Source of the DNA: Clostridia bacterium
GTDB taxonomy: Bacteria; Bacillota; Clostridia; Oscillospirales; CAG-272
Direction: 5' to 3'
Assembly: GCA_017472695.1 (NCBI GenBank)
Contig: JAFUOQ010000003.1
Coordinates: 40,804-104,803 of the forward strand
DNA length: 64,000 nucleotides
The notes under the pieces are model-generated. The model was not told the origin of the DNA and searched no databases. It saw only the letters and a program-made list of their open reading frames with translations. Positions within the stretch are counted from its first letter, which is position 1. Each line of letters starts with the position of its first letter. Both the position numbers and the translations under genes were made by a program. Positions 10,100 through 20,486 of the stretch are shown in pieces.

Positions 10100-11668
10100 A
10101 TGAGAATGCTTTTCGGCTCGCTCAAGGAGTCGCTTCAGTCCGTTTTACCAATTTGTGCGATAGTTTTGATTCTTAGTATTGTTCTCTCTACGATAAGCAC
10201 TGGAATTATGATTATGTTCCTTTTTGGAGCTTTGCTTGTTATTTTTGGCATGAGTATTTTTACTATTGGTTCTAACATTTCTATGCAACCTCTTGGAGAT
10301 GGCATGGGTGTTATTATAGGAAAATCAAAAAAGAGATTTTTGCCAATTTTGGTTTGTTTTATAGTAGGTATTCTTATCACAATTGCCGAACCTGACCTTA
10401 CTGTTCTTGCTGAAAAGGTTAAGGGTGTTAACAACTGGCTTCTTATTGGTCTTGTTGCTCTTGGCGTTGGTATCTTTTTGGCAGTTGCTCTTATAAGAAC
10501 CAGAAAAAAAATCCCTCTTGCGCGTATTTTAGTTCCGCTATATATCATTGTATTAATTATAGCTACACTTCCATTTATTACCAATGGTTTGGTTGGTTCA
10601 AAGGAATTTATTCCAACAGCATTTGACTCTGGCGGTGTTACAACAGGACCTATTACAGTTCCATTTATTATGGCTCTTGGTGCTGGTATTGCATCTATGC
10701 GTAAGGATAAGCGTTCGGGTGAGGACAGCTTTGGTCTTGTTTCACTCTGTTCTATCGGTCCTATTTTGTCAGTTCTTATTCTGAGCTTGATTAAAAAGCC
10801 CGATTCCGATGGCGGTGCTGAATCCGCTTTGATTATTCCTGAAAATATACAAGATGCATTTTTGGAATTTCTAAAGATTGATACTGGTATTGTTAAATAT
10901 ATGAAGGAGGTTGCACTCGCCTTTTTACCAATTGTTGGAATGTATCTAATATTCCAGTTGATTTTCAGACGTTTTAACAAGCTTCAAAATTTAAGAATTT
11001 GTGTCGGCTTTGCTTATACATATGTTGGACTCGTTCTGTTCTTAACAGGCGCTAATGTTGGCTTTATGCCAGCGGGTCAACTCCTTGGCGGTCAAATTGT
11101 TTTGGCTGGTTGGAAATGGGCACTCATACCTATTGGTATGATTCTTGGCTACTTTGTTGTTGCTGCTGAGCCTGCGGTTCACACCCTAAAGAAGCAAGTT
11201 TCTGAGGTTACAAACGGTGCTATTTCCGAAAAATCAATTAGTCTTGCACTTTCTATAGGTGTTGCGATTTCAGTTGGAATTTCTATGCTCCGCATTATTA
11301 CAGGAATGCCAATTCTTCCTGTTGTGATTATTGGTTATATAATTCCGCTTGTAATTACATTCTTTGTACCACCGATTTATACAGGTATAGCATTCGACTC
11401 GGGTGGTGTTGCATCCGGTCCTATGGCGACAACGTTCATTCTTCCATTTGCTATCGGTGCTTGTAGTGCTATGGGTGGTAACATTCTTACCGATGCCTTT
11501 GGTATCGTTGCTATGATTGCTATGACTCCTCTTATTACTATCCAAGTGCTTGGACTTATAGGCAAGATTAAGCAGGATAAGATGATGAAGAAGATTCACC
11601 GTGAAATTGAGCAAATTGATGACGGTATGGTTTACTATGATGAAGAGGAGGCTTATATAAATGGCTAA
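10100..11668 (+). CDS. DUF1538 family membrane protein (two fused repeats)
   Basis: Duplicated AEP and AFDSGGVxxGP motifs. Confidence 0.9.
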   Translation: MRMLFGSLKESLQSVLPICAIVLILSIVLSTISTGIMIMFLFGALLVIFGMSIFTIGSNISMQPLGDGMGVIIGKSKKRFLPILVCFIVGILITIAEPDLTVLAEKVKGVNNWLLIGLVALGVGIFLAVALIRTRKKIPLARILVPLYIIVLIIATLPFITNGLVGSKEFIPTAFDSGGVTTGPITVPFIMALGAGIASMRKDKRSGEDSFGLVSLCSIGPILSVLILSLIKKPDSDGGAESALIIPENIQDAFLEFLKIDTGIVKYMKEVALAFLPIVGMYLIFQLIFRRFNKLQNLRICVGFAYTYVGLVLFLTGANVGFMPAGQLLGGQIVLAGWKWALIPIGMILGYFVVAAEPAVHTLKKQVSEVTNGAISEKSISLALSIGVAISVGISMLRIITGMPILPVVIIGYIIPLVITFFVPPIYTGIAFDSGGVASGPMATTFILPFAIGACSAMGGNILTDAFGIVAMIAMTPLITIQVLGLIGKIKQDKMMKKIHREIEQIDDGMVYYDEEEAYING

Positions 11669-12335
11669 TGATTCTCGTATAGTAATGCTCCTTTCCATTA
11701 TTCGTCGTGGTAAGGGTGCGCAATATATTAAAATGCTACAGGAAAATGATATTGTTTTGCATTATCAATGCGTTGGTGAGGGTACTGCCCCATCTGAAAT
11801 GCTTGACATTCTTGGCTTTGGTAGCAGTGAAAAGGACATTATGATTAGCTTTGCCACTCGTGACACAGCCAATCGTATGGCTAAAAGCCTTAACAAAAAC
11901 CTCGGCACAAGCCTAGGCTACCAAGGCTTATTTATGATTATTCCAACTTCGGCATTTAGCAGAATTTCTTCTGAAATTATTAAGAAAAACAGTAATGATT
12001 ACACCAAAGGAGGCGGCGAAGCTATGCATAGCGAATATAAATACAGCTTAATTATGATTTCTGTAAACCGTGGTTACACAGATGCGGTTATGCAAACTGC
12101 AAAAAAAGCAGGTGCTACCGGCGGTACTATTATAAAGGCAAGACTTGCAGAATCTCAAATTGTTGAGGCTTATGCAAACACAAAGCTTGACGAGGAAAAG
12201 GAAATCGTTACAATTTTAGCTCCCGATAGCATTAGGAATCAAATTCTTGAGGATGTTAACAATGAGTTTGGTTTAAAGAGCGAGGCGCAGGGAGTTGTGC
12301 TTTCTGTTCCTGTTGACAAGGTGTTTAAAATCTAA
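11661..12335 (+). CDS. Tandem P-II-like regulator, usual partner of DUF1538
   Basis: GEGTA, AKKAGATGGTII, VPVD motifs; overlaps the upstream stop. Confidence 0.8.
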   Translation: MANDSRIVMLLSIIRRGKGAQYIKMLQENDIVLHYQCVGEGTAPSEMLDILGFGSSEKDIMISFATRDTANRMAKSLNKNLGTSLGYQGLFMIIPTSAFSRISSEIIKKNSNDYTKGGGEAMHSEYKYSLIMISVNRGYTDAVMQTAKKAGATGGTIIKARLAESQIVEAYANTKLDEEKEIVTILAPDSIRNQILEDVNNEFGLKSEAQGVVLSVPVDKVFKI

Positions 12336-12368
12336 AAAGAAGAGGTCGAAATGACCTCTTTTCTTTTT
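12336..12368 (+). terminator. Intrinsic terminator
   Basis: AAGAGGTC-GAAAT-GACCTCTT followed by a T run. Confidence 0.75.
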
Positions 12369-12525
12369 ATGATTTTACACACAATCATTCTCACTTGCTT
12401 CCCTCAAGGTGGAGTTGTGCTCTCTCCGTTTTGTTTATGCGTATCGTTATAGCAAATTAATTTTATATAATAATAAATTTATGTGTGATTTTTTTGCGAC
12501 ACTTTAAATTTTTTTGATTTTTCTA

Positions 12526-12645
12526 TTGACAAATTTGGGACAAGGTGTTATACTAAATGGGACAAGGCGTACCAAAATAATATGTTTTGCGTTTCATTTA
12601 GCTTATGGCTAGTGTCCCGTGAAGTGATGCTTTGGTGTCCCAAAT
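12526..12645 (+). promoter_or_regulatory. Sigma-A promoter with GGGACA operator half-sites
   Basis: TTGACA(12526)-17 bp-TATACT(12549); TGGGACAAGG at 12536 and 12558; TGTCCC at 12613 and 12636. Confidence 0.75.
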
Positions 12646-12666
12646 TAAGTTTTTAAGGAGTTTATT

Positions 12667-13266
12667 ATGAGAAACGTTAGCGCTGACACAATTATTATGA
12701 TAAGAAGATGTATTGAGGAATTTTTCGATGATTTTTCTCGCTCCCCTTCTTTGCGTGAAATTGCAACCTCAACAGGTATTAGCAAGAGCACTGTTCAAAG
12801 ATATATTGAAATTATGGAGCGCGTTGGCATTATAACAAGGACTGATGAAGGAATTGAAACTCCTTATATTTCAAAAACCGAAAGACAGATGGTTTCCGTT
12901 GCAAAGCTTGGTCGCATTCCTTGTGGTCCACTTGACGAAAAGGAAGAATATATTGAGGGTTATGTTAAATTGCCACAGTCCTTTGTTGGAAAGGGCAAAT
13001 TCTTTATTCTTACAGCCTCTGGTGACTCTATGATTGAGGCTGGAATTGATGACGGAGATATGATTATAATTAAGCAACAGGAAACTGCGCGTAAGGGTGA
13101 CATTGTTGTTGCTTTGGCAAACGGACAAAGCACATTGAAGCGCTATATGCCTGACCCAACAATTAAAAAAATCAGACTCCATCCAGAAAACGCCTCTATG
13201 GAGGATATTATCGTTGATAATTGTGAGATACAGGGTATTGCAATTAAGGTGATTAAATCATTATAA
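12667..13266 (+). CDS. lexA: LexA-like S24 repressor
   Basis: N-terminal wHTH (PSLREIA), putative cleavage site IPCG (Cys-Gly), catalytic GDSM and TLKR. Confidence 0.88.
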   Translation: MRNVSADTIIMIRRCIEEFFDDFSRSPSLREIATSTGISKSTVQRYIEIMERVGIITRTDEGIETPYISKTERQMVSVAKLGRIPCGPLDEKEEYIEGYVKLPQSFVGKGKFFILTASGDSMIEAGIDDGDMIIIKQQETARKGDIVVALANGQSTLKRYMPDPTIKKIRLHPENASMEDIIVDNCEIQGIAIKVIKSL

Positions 13267-13550
13267 TGAAATTTGTTCGCATACCACTTGCCGTCGGGGT
13301 TATATACAGCTCCGACGGCAATTTCAAGCCTAAAACTATTTCGGTAAATGGTCAAATCTTCTCTATTGATAGGGTTTTATATAAAAAGAACTATTGCCCT
13401 AAAAGTGTGCCTGCCATTGCTCCAATTGAGTTTACAGTTATGGTTGAGGGTGAAATAAAAAGGATATATTTTGAGCAGGATACCGGAAAATGGTTTTCTG
13501 TAAAAAAGGTTTTAAAGAGTAATGAAGGACAGAGTAATTTTACACAGTGA
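13266..13550 (+). CDS. Small hypothetical protein, probable accessory subunit of the mutagenesis cassette
   Basis: Translationally coupled (TAATG) to the lexA-like gene and overlaps dinB; ends ...IYFE...KWF. Confidence 0.75.
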   Translation: MKFVRIPLAVGVIYSSDGNFKPKTISVNGQIFSIDRVLYKKNYCPKSVPAIAPIEFTVMVEGEIKRIYFEQDTGKWFSVKKVLKSNEGQSNFTQ

Positions 13551-14754
13551 TGCCAACTGTTTTTATGCCTCTTGCGAAATGGTTTTAAATCCAGAATTGC
13601 GAGACAAGGCAGTTGCCGTTGGTGGGAACGAGGAGGAAAGGCACGGAATTATTCTTGCAAAGAGCGAAAAGGCAAAGCAAGCAGGGGTAACAACTGGCAT
13701 GCCTCTTTGGGAAGCCAAGCAAAAGTGCAAGGATTTAATAATCGTACCACCTCGATTTGAATATTATTCAAAATTTTCAAAGCTACTGCACAAAATTTAC
13801 GAGCGCTATACCGACTATATTGAGCCATTTGGTCTTGACGAGTGCTGGCTAGATGTTACCGATTGCAATACCGACGGATATTTAATTGCAGAGGAAATAA
13901 GAAAAACGGTAAAAGAGGAGCTAGGCTTGACTGTTAGCATAGGTGTTTCCTTTAACAAGGTTTTTGCAAAGCTAGGCTCGGACCTTAAAAAGCCAGATGC
14001 TGTGACGGTTATCACGCGTGAGAATTTTAAGGAAAAGGTGTGGTCCTTGCCTGTTTCAGACCTACTTTATTGTGGCAGGCAAACAAGCCGTACCTTGGGT
14101 AATGTAGGCATACGCACAATAGGCACTTTAGCGCAAGCACCAGAGGAATATTTGACAAGGAAGCTCGGCAAAAACGGACACTCTCTTTGGCTTTTTGCCA
14201 ATGGGCTAGACGACTCTCGTGTTGCACACAAGGACCACTACACTCCGCCTAAAAGCGTTGGGCATGGGGTTACCTGTGTTGAAAATTTGGAAAATATTGA
14301 CGAAGCCTCAAAGGTTATTGTTTCTCTATCTCTTGATATTGGTTACAAGCTACGCAAGGAGGGCTTATATGCAGGAGGGGTTAGCCTTGTGGTTAAGGAC
14401 GAGGGCTTCACCCACTATTCCTATCAAACAAAATTTGACTTTACAACTCAAGACGAGAGCGTTTTATCAAAAAATGCTATTCTTTTGCTAAAGGAAAATT
14501 ATCCGTGGAATTATAAAGTCCGCGCGCTTACAGTTACTGCCATATCAATAGAAACAACAGACACCCCTGTTCAAGCAGATATGTTTTTCGATTACGAAAA
14601 GGACGAAAAGAAAAAGAGATTAAGCTCGGTTATTGACAACATAAAGGACACATATGGAAAATCCTCGGTTTTACCTGCGACTGTGCTTGACGAAAAGAAA
14701 ATGCCAAAAAACAGACAAGCAGATACCGTTCTCCCAGGTATGATGCACAAATAA
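13522..14754 (+). CDS. dinB: Y-family DNA polymerase (Pol IV/UmuC-like)
   Basis: ILHSDANCFYAS, FGLDECWLD, SFNKVFAKLGSD. Confidence 0.93.
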   Translation: MKDRVILHSDANCFYASCEMVLNPELRDKAVAVGGNEEERHGIILAKSEKAKQAGVTTGMPLWEAKQKCKDLIIVPPRFEYYSKFSKLLHKIYERYTDYIEPFGLDECWLDVTDCNTDGYLIAEEIRKTVKEELGLTVSIGVSFNKVFAKLGSDLKKPDAVTVITRENFKEKVWSLPVSDLLYCGRQTSRTLGNVGIRTIGTLAQAPEEYLTRKLGKNGHSLWLFANGLDDSRVAHKDHYTPPKSVGHGVTCVENLENIDEASKVIVSLSLDIGYKLRKEGLYAGGVSLVVKDEGFTHYSYQTKFDFTTQDESVLSKNAILLLKENYPWNYKVRALTVTAISIETTDTPVQADMFFDYEKDEKKKRLSSVIDNIKDTYGKSSVLPATVLDEKKMPKNRQADTVLPGMMHK

Positions 14755-14821
14755 AACCATTAACTGAAATTGATAGAAATCGGTTAGACTCTATTTTTAA
14801 GCCAATAATTAGGAGATTTAT

Positions 14822-15502
14822 ATGGAAATAAAAGAAATAGGATATTTAAAGACACTCTTCCCTACAAAATTTGGCGCTCCACGTCAAAGTGGAGTATCAA
14901 AAAGCTCACCTGCCACCTTGATTTTTAATGAGGAGTTTCGCTCGCCCGAATCACTTGTTGGTTTGGATAAATACTCTCACGTATGGGTGATTTGGGGATT
15001 TTCCGAGGCAAAACATGAAAAATTCTCTCCTACTGTGCGCCCACCACGGCTAGGCGGTAACACAAGGGTTGGTGTTTTTGCATCTCGCTCACCATTCCGT
15101 CCAAACTCACTTGCTTTATCTGTTTTAAAGCTTGAGGGCATTGAGAAAACCGAAAAATACGGATACATATTGAAGCTTTCCGGAGCTGATATGATGGACA
15201 ACTCTCCTGTTTATGATATAAAGCCATATCTTCCATTTGCAGACTCAATCCCCGATGCTATTGGGGGCTTCACAGAGAAGCTTGAAGATTTTATTTTAGA
15301 GGTTAGTATCCCAGACGAAATTAAGTCTCTTCTCTCAACCGAGCTTTATGATTGCCTGGTTGAGGTATTAAAAAATGACCCTCGCCCATCATACATTGAT
15401 GCTCCAGATAGAGTTTTTGGATTTTTCTACGATGCATATGAGGTAAAATTCAAAGTTGATGGCAAGCAGCTCACCGTTATTTCTTGTGAGAAAATTAAAT
15501 AA
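14822..15502 (+). CDS. tsaA: tRNA (t6A37) N6-methyltransferase TrmO/TsaA
   Basis: KFGAPRQS, VRPPRLGGN, GVFASRSPFRPN, DIKPY. Confidence 0.93.
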   Translation: MEIKEIGYLKTLFPTKFGAPRQSGVSKSSPATLIFNEEFRSPESLVGLDKYSHVWVIWGFSEAKHEKFSPTVRPPRLGGNTRVGVFASRSPFRPNSLALSVLKLEGIEKTEKYGYILKLSGADMMDNSPVYDIKPYLPFADSIPDAIGGFTEKLEDFILEVSIPDEIKSLLSTELYDCLVEVLKNDPRPSYIDAPDRVFGFFYDAYEVKFKVDGKQLTVISCEKIK

Positions 15503-15521
15503 TTTTCTGTTAAACAAACAT

Positions 15522-15549
15522 AAAAACCCAACCACGTGGTTGGGTTTTT
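15522..15549. terminator. Bidirectional terminator between convergent genes
   Basis: AAAAACCCAACC-ACGT-GGTTGGGTTTTT. Confidence 0.8.
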
Positions 15550-15569
15550 GTTTTATTTAATTGTGACCA

Positions 15570-15845
15570 TCACTGAAAGTAATATTCAAAGCCACCTAAA
15601 AATACAAACGCCAAGAAAAAGATTACAGTTATTACGCCGAGTGTTATAAACATAGGCACAAGCATACTTCTAACTGCCGCCCAATAGGTATTCCACTTAT
15701 CCTTTGCGGTTGATGGCGGGCGCACAAAGTTTTTATCGTCAGTCTTGAAGCCTGAATTTTTACGAAAAGCTGACATATCTGCAATAGTTCTGCCATCGTC
15801 GATATATTTCACCTTTTCATTTTTCTTTTTCTTTTTATCGCTCAT
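15570..15845 (-). CDS. Small membrane protein, last gene of the opp operon
   Basis: DDGRTIADMS motif, C-terminal TM helix, GAGG RBS. Confidence 0.75.
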   Translation of the reverse strand: MSDKKKKKNEKVKYIDDGRTIADMSAFRKNSGFKTDDKNFVRPPSTAKDKWNTYWAAVRSMLVPMFITLGVITVIFFLAFVFLGGFEYYFQ

Positions 15846-15855
15846 ATTTTACCTC

Positions 15856-16983
15856 TTAAATAAGATGACAAGCAGCAAAGTGCCCGTTTTCATATTCCTT
15901 GTATTCAGGAACTACATGCTTACATATTTCCTTGGCGTATGGGCAACGAGTATGGAAGCGACAGCCCTTTGGTGGGTTCGCAGGGGATGGAATATCGCCC
16001 TTCAATACCATACGATTCATCTTCACATCGGGATTCGGATTAGGAATAGCCGAGAAAAGTGCCTTTGTATAAGGATGTAGTGGGTTAGCAAAAATGTCAT
16101 CCTTGCTACCGAACTCCATCATTGCGCCAAGATACATAACTCCGATTTTATCAGAAATAAACTTTACAACTGAAAGGTCGTGGGAAATGAAGAGATATGT
16201 AAGTCCCATCGACTCCTGTAAGCTCTTTAGAAGGTTGATTATCTGCGCTTGGATTGATACGTCAAGAGCTGAAACTGGCTCGTCACAAACAACAAGCTTA
16301 GGGTTTACTGAAAGTGCTCTTGCTATACAAATTCTTTGACGCTGACCGCCTGAAAATTCGTGTGGGTATCTTTCATAGTAATAATCACGAAGTCCGCACT
16401 TATCCATAAGCTCAAGCACGTATTCCTTTCTTTGTGACTTTGGTACTATGTTATGAACCTCAACAGGCTCTGAAAGAATACCTCCGACAGTTGAACGTGG
16501 TGGCAAGGATGAATATGGGTCTTGGAAAATTATTTGCATTTGACGGCGAATCTCGCGCATTTGTGAGGATTTATAATTTGTTATGTCCTTACCATCAAAA
16601 ATAATTTGTCCACCATTTGACGGGTGAAGCTTCAAAATAGTTCTACCCATTGTAGTCTTTCCACAGCCAGACTCACCAACAATACCAAGAGTTTCTCCCT
16701 TTTTTAGGGTAAACGAAACATCATCAACTGCTATAAGCTCTTGCAAAACCTTACCGGTTAAGGATTTCTTAATTGGGAAGCTTTTGCGTAGGTGTCTTAC
16801 CTCTAAAAGTGCATCAGGGTCAAATGGCTTTGATTTATCAGCCTCAATTTGAGCCTTACGCTTTGCCAAGAATTTTTCCTGCTCATATGCATCATCATAT
16901 ACCGTTGTTTCATTTTCACAAGGAGCTTTTACAGCATCTGGAACTACTGCTTCTTCCAAATTGGTTATTTGTTCATTAGCCAT
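15856..16983 (-). CDS. oppF: Oligopeptide ABC transporter ATPase
   Basis: GESGCGKT, FSGGQRQR, HPYT, GCRFHTRC. Confidence 0.93.
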   Translation of the reverse strand: MANEQITNLEEAVVPDAVKAPCENETTVYDDAYEQEKFLAKRKAQIEADKSKPFDPDALLEVRHLRKSFPIKKSLTGKVLQELIAVDDVSFTLKKGETLGIVGESGCGKTTMGRTILKLHPSNGGQIIFDGKDITNYKSSQMREIRRQMQIIFQDPYSSLPPRSTVGGILSEPVEVHNIVPKSQRKEYVLELMDKCGLRDYYYERYPHEFSGGQRQRICIARALSVNPKLVVCDEPVSALDVSIQAQIINLLKSLQESMGLTYLFISHDLSVVKFISDKIGVMYLGAMMEFGSKDDIFANPLHPYTKALFSAIPNPNPDVKMNRMVLKGDIPSPANPPKGCRFHTRCPYAKEICKHVVPEYKEYENGHFAACHLI

Positions 16984-18218
16984 TTGTCATTCTCCTTATT
17001 CATATCTTCGTATAAGTGACAGGCAACAAAGTGTGTTTCGCTTACCTGTCTCATTTTTGGATAAAGTCCTGAGCAGCCCTTTACGCACTCACTGCATCTT
17101 TCCTTGAAGTAGCAGTGATTTGGCATATTGATTGGGTTAGGAACGTTACCTGGTATATTAAACAATTCGTCGGTATTTGATTCAAGCGTAGGCTTAGATT
17201 TTTGAAGTCCCTTTGTGTATGGGTGCAAGGGATTATGAAAAATCTCCTTTACTGTACCCTTTTCAATAACTCTACCTGCGTACATAACAACCACGTAGTC
17301 TGCCATTTCAGCAATAATACCGAGGTCGTGAGTGATAAGAAGGATTGAGCCATCAATTTTTGTTTTTAAATCGCGCAAAAGGTCAAGGATCTGTGCTTGA
17401 ATAGTAACGTCGAGCGCTGTTGTTGGCTCATCCGCGATAATTAAACGTGGGTTACATGCGAGTGCCATTGAAATCATAACACGCTGACGCATACCACCAG
17501 ACAGTTCGTGTGGATATGATTTGTATACGCGCTCTGGCATTGCAATACCAACAAGCTCAAGCATTTCAAGGGATTTAGCCTTTGCCTCCTCCTTTGTAGC
17601 GCCTGGCACGTGAATAAATGTAACCTCATCAAGCTGTTGTCCTATTGTAAAAATAGGGTTAAGCGATGTCATTGGCTCTTGGAAAATCATAGCTATTTGC
17701 TTTCCACGAACACGATGTATCTCGCGAATAGGCATTCTAGCAATATCGTAAACCTTTTCCTCTGTTTTTGTTTCCTTGGAAATTACCTGTCCTAGCTCAT
17801 TCTTTACAGGGAAACTGATAGGCTTTCCGTTCTTACCTCTTACATAGTCCTTTGCGGCAAATCTGATACTACCAGAATAGATTTGTCCTGTTGGACCTTG
17901 TAAAAGACGCATAATTGACATACTGGTTACACTCTTACCACAACCAGACTCACCAACTACACCAACGGTTTTGTTCTTTGGAATATCGAATGAAACGCCA
18001 TTTACTGCCTTTACAACGCCTTGGTCAGTAAAGAAGTATGTGTTTAAGTCCTCTATTTCCAAAATATTAGATGGATCTCTCATTTCGGAGAGAAACTCAC
18101 TCTCGTCTGCTTTACGATTCTTATAGTTTTCCAAAACGCGCATGGTTTTGGCGTTTTCTTTTGCAATTTTTCTAATTTCCTTGCCAGTTAGGTAAGATTT
18201 TGTTTTCTTTTCAGCCAT
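16965..18218 (-). CDS. oppD: Oligopeptide ABC transporter ATPase
   Basis: GESGCGKS, LSGGMRQR, DEPTTALD. Confidence 0.93.
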   Translation of the reverse strand: MAEKKTKSYLTGKEIRKIAKENAKTMRVLENYKNRKADESEFLSEMRDPSNILEIEDLNTYFFTDQGVVKAVNGVSFDIPKNKTVGVVGESGCGKSVTSMSIMRLLQGPTGQIYSGSIRFAAKDYVRGKNGKPISFPVKNELGQVISKETKTEEKVYDIARMPIREIHRVRGKQIAMIFQEPMTSLNPIFTIGQQLDEVTFIHVPGATKEEAKAKSLEMLELVGIAMPERVYKSYPHELSGGMRQRVMISMALACNPRLIIADEPTTALDVTIQAQILDLLRDLKTKIDGSILLITHDLGIIAEMADYVVVMYAGRVIEKGTVKEIFHNPLHPYTKGLQKSKPTLESNTDELFNIPGNVPNPINMPNHCYFKERCSECVKGCSGLYPKMRQVSETHFVACHLYEDMNKENDKWLMNK

Positions 18219-18223
18219 TTCTC

Positions 18224-19396
18224 TTACCTCCTAGATTTTGGGTCAAGCGCATCGCGCAAGCCGTCACCGACAAAGTTGAAGCCAAGCACCGCAATAACGA
18301 TACAAAGACCAGCTGGCACCCAAATCAAAGGATTAGCCATGGCAATTTCAAAGCCATTTTGCTCCTCGAATAGGTTCAGTATCGTACCCCACGCAGTATT
18401 TGGTGCTTTTACACCAAAGCCGAGGTATGAAAGTGTTGACTCATAAATAATCATTGAGCCAAGACCAAGTGTCATTTGTACGATAAGCTGTGGCATTACG
18501 TTTGGAATTAAGTGCTTAAATATCTTACGGAAGGTTGAATAACCCATAGCCTCGGCAGCTACCATATATTCCTGCTCACGAAGTGAGAGGATTTGTCCTC
18601 TAACTAGACGAGCTGTGCCTGGCCATGAAATACAGGAGATAAATATCATTAGGAAGTAAATTCTTGATTCGCCACTAATAAAGAAGTATCCCTTACTAAT
18701 CCAACCATTTAGAAGCACACCGACAATCAAAAGGATTGGAATACCTGGTAGACACATCAAAATATCACAAATTCTCATTATGATGTTATCAATAACTCCG
18801 CCAAAGTATCCAGCCAAGCCTCCTGCAATTACACCAAGAACAGTGATAATAAATACCGCCAAGAAGCTTACTATAAGTGAAACTCGTCCACCATACATAA
18901 GTCTTGAAAGCACGTCATAGCCTGACTTATCAGTTCCTAATGGGTGAAGCTTTGATGGCTTTGCTAAAACATTATCCTTCTCATATTTTTCAAGAGTTTG
19001 ATAAACTGTGTACTCTTTTCCGTTTACGGTATAGGTATATTCACTAGTTGTTTGCTCCCATCTACCGCTTTCGTCCTTTTCGTCCTGTTGCCAGCCATTG
19101 CCGTCAAGACCTGGAACTACTGCGTGATAGATAAATGGTCCAACAAACGAGAACAAGAATAGTCCTATTATCATAACAAGACCTACAACGCTGAGCTTTG
19201 AACGGAAGAAACGGCGAATAACCATTCTTGTTGGTGACATAAGCTTTAGGTTCTTGTCTAGAGGTACTTCCTCCTCAAAGGAAGCTTTTTCCCTTGGATT
19301 TTCTACCCTTACCTCTTCTAGCTCTGTGTAAAAGCATTGATTTGCATCAGTTTTGTGTGCAGTTAAATATACAGTATTCTTTGTTGTCTTTTTCAT
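18224..19396 (-). CDS. oppC: Oligopeptide ABC permease
   Basis: HPLGTD, EYMVAAEAMG, GDGLRDALDP. Confidence 0.93.
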   Translation of the reverse strand: MKKTTKNTVYLTAHKTDANQCFYTELEEVRVENPREKASFEEEVPLDKNLKLMSPTRMVIRRFFRSKLSVVGLVMIIGLFLFSFVGPFIYHAVVPGLDGNGWQQDEKDESGRWEQTTSEYTYTVNGKEYTVYQTLEKYEKDNVLAKPSKLHPLGTDKSGYDVLSRLMYGGRVSLIVSFLAVFIITVLGVIAGGLAGYFGGVIDNIIMRICDILMCLPGIPILLIVGVLLNGWISKGYFFISGESRIYFLMIFISCISWPGTARLVRGQILSLREQEYMVAAEAMGYSTFRKIFKHLIPNVMPQLIVQMTLGLGSMIIYESTLSYLGFGVKAPNTAWGTILNLFEEQNGFEIAMANPLIWVPAGLCIVIAVLGFNFVGDGLRDALDPKSRR

Positions 19397-19410
19397 TTTA
19401 TCTGCACCCC

Positions 19411-20472
19411 CTACTTCAGCTTTACTCGTGGGTCAACAATTGCGTACATAATATCAGACATAAGTATTCCTATTACACTCAATGTAGCAAGGAACATATT
19501 ATATCCCATAATGAACGGAATGTCACCGTTATTTGTTAAGTTAAGAGCAGTTGTACCAATACCATCAAGACCGAAAATCTTTTCTGTGATGATAGCGCCC
19601 GAGAATAGCGCAGGTATTAGTCCTGCAAGTGTCGTTACAAGTGGGATTAATGTATTTCTAAAGGCGTGCTTGTATATTACCTTACTTTCCTTTAGTCCCT
19701 TTGCTCTGGCTGTACGAATATAGTCAGAGTTTAGAACCTCAAGCATATTGGTTCTTGTCATTCTCATTCTTCCACCAAGGCTCAAAATAGTTATGGTGAA
19801 GATTGGCAAAATGTAATATTTTAGGTTGCCTAAAATACCCATAATACCCGTTGCACTTTGCGATGCGTCAGTTGTACCAGAAACAGGGAAAACAAGGAAG
19901 CGACTAAAGAATTCATAGGCTGACGAGCCCTCGGTGAATATTTTAGCCAAAATGCTTTCCATAAGTCCACCATCACCAAATCCAGCCTTAAAGATGTTGG
20001 CAAAGAAGAAGGATGGAAGTGAAATACCTACCATTACAAGAACTGTAATGAAGTAATCTCTGAATGAATACTGGTGAGTTGCAGCTGTAATTCCTAGAGG
20101 AATTGCAATCAAGAACTCAAATATAGTCGCAATTAAAGCAACGATGAATGACACTGGTAAGCCTTGGAGAATTACCTGTGAAACCGGTTGATTATTAAGC
20201 TTGAATGAACGACCGAGAGTGATAAAGCCATTCTCAAATTCAAACAAGTTACCGAGCCACTCGAAATAGCCCTTTACAATTCCCCAAAAGCTATTATCGC
20301 CAATGCCGAGCTGCTCACGGATTTTATCAAGAGTTTCTGGCTCTGAATTCATACCCGCGTTAGCAGCAACGAAGTCTACCGGCATTAAACGTACCAAAAA
20401 GTAAATGATAAGGGATACAGCTACTAATATAAGAACAGATAATCCTACTCTTTTTAGTATATATTTTAACAT
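19411..20472 (-). CDS. oppB: Oligopeptide ABC permease
   Basis: DYIRTARAKGL, HAFRN, YAIVDPR. Confidence 0.93.
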   Translation of the reverse strand: MLKYILKRVGLSVLILVAVSLIIYFLVRLMPVDFVAANAGMNSEPETLDKIREQLGIGDNSFWGIVKGYFEWLGNLFEFENGFITLGRSFKLNNQPVSQVILQGLPVSFIVALIATIFEFLIAIPLGITAATHQYSFRDYFITVLVMVGISLPSFFFANIFKAGFGDGGLMESILAKIFTEGSSAYEFFSRFLVFPVSGTTDASQSATGIMGILGNLKYYILPIFTITILSLGGRMRMTRTNMLEVLNSDYIRTARAKGLKESKVIYKHAFRNTLIPLVTTLAGLIPALFSGAIITEKIFGLDGIGTTALNLTNNGDIPFIMGYNMFLATLSVIGILMSDIMYAIVDPRVKLK

Positions 20473-20486
20473 TGTATCACTCCAAA

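Noticed and set aside
10135-10980. 281-aa antisense ORF and similar shadow ORFs across the window
   Set aside because: They lie opposite well-supported genes and reflect codon bias
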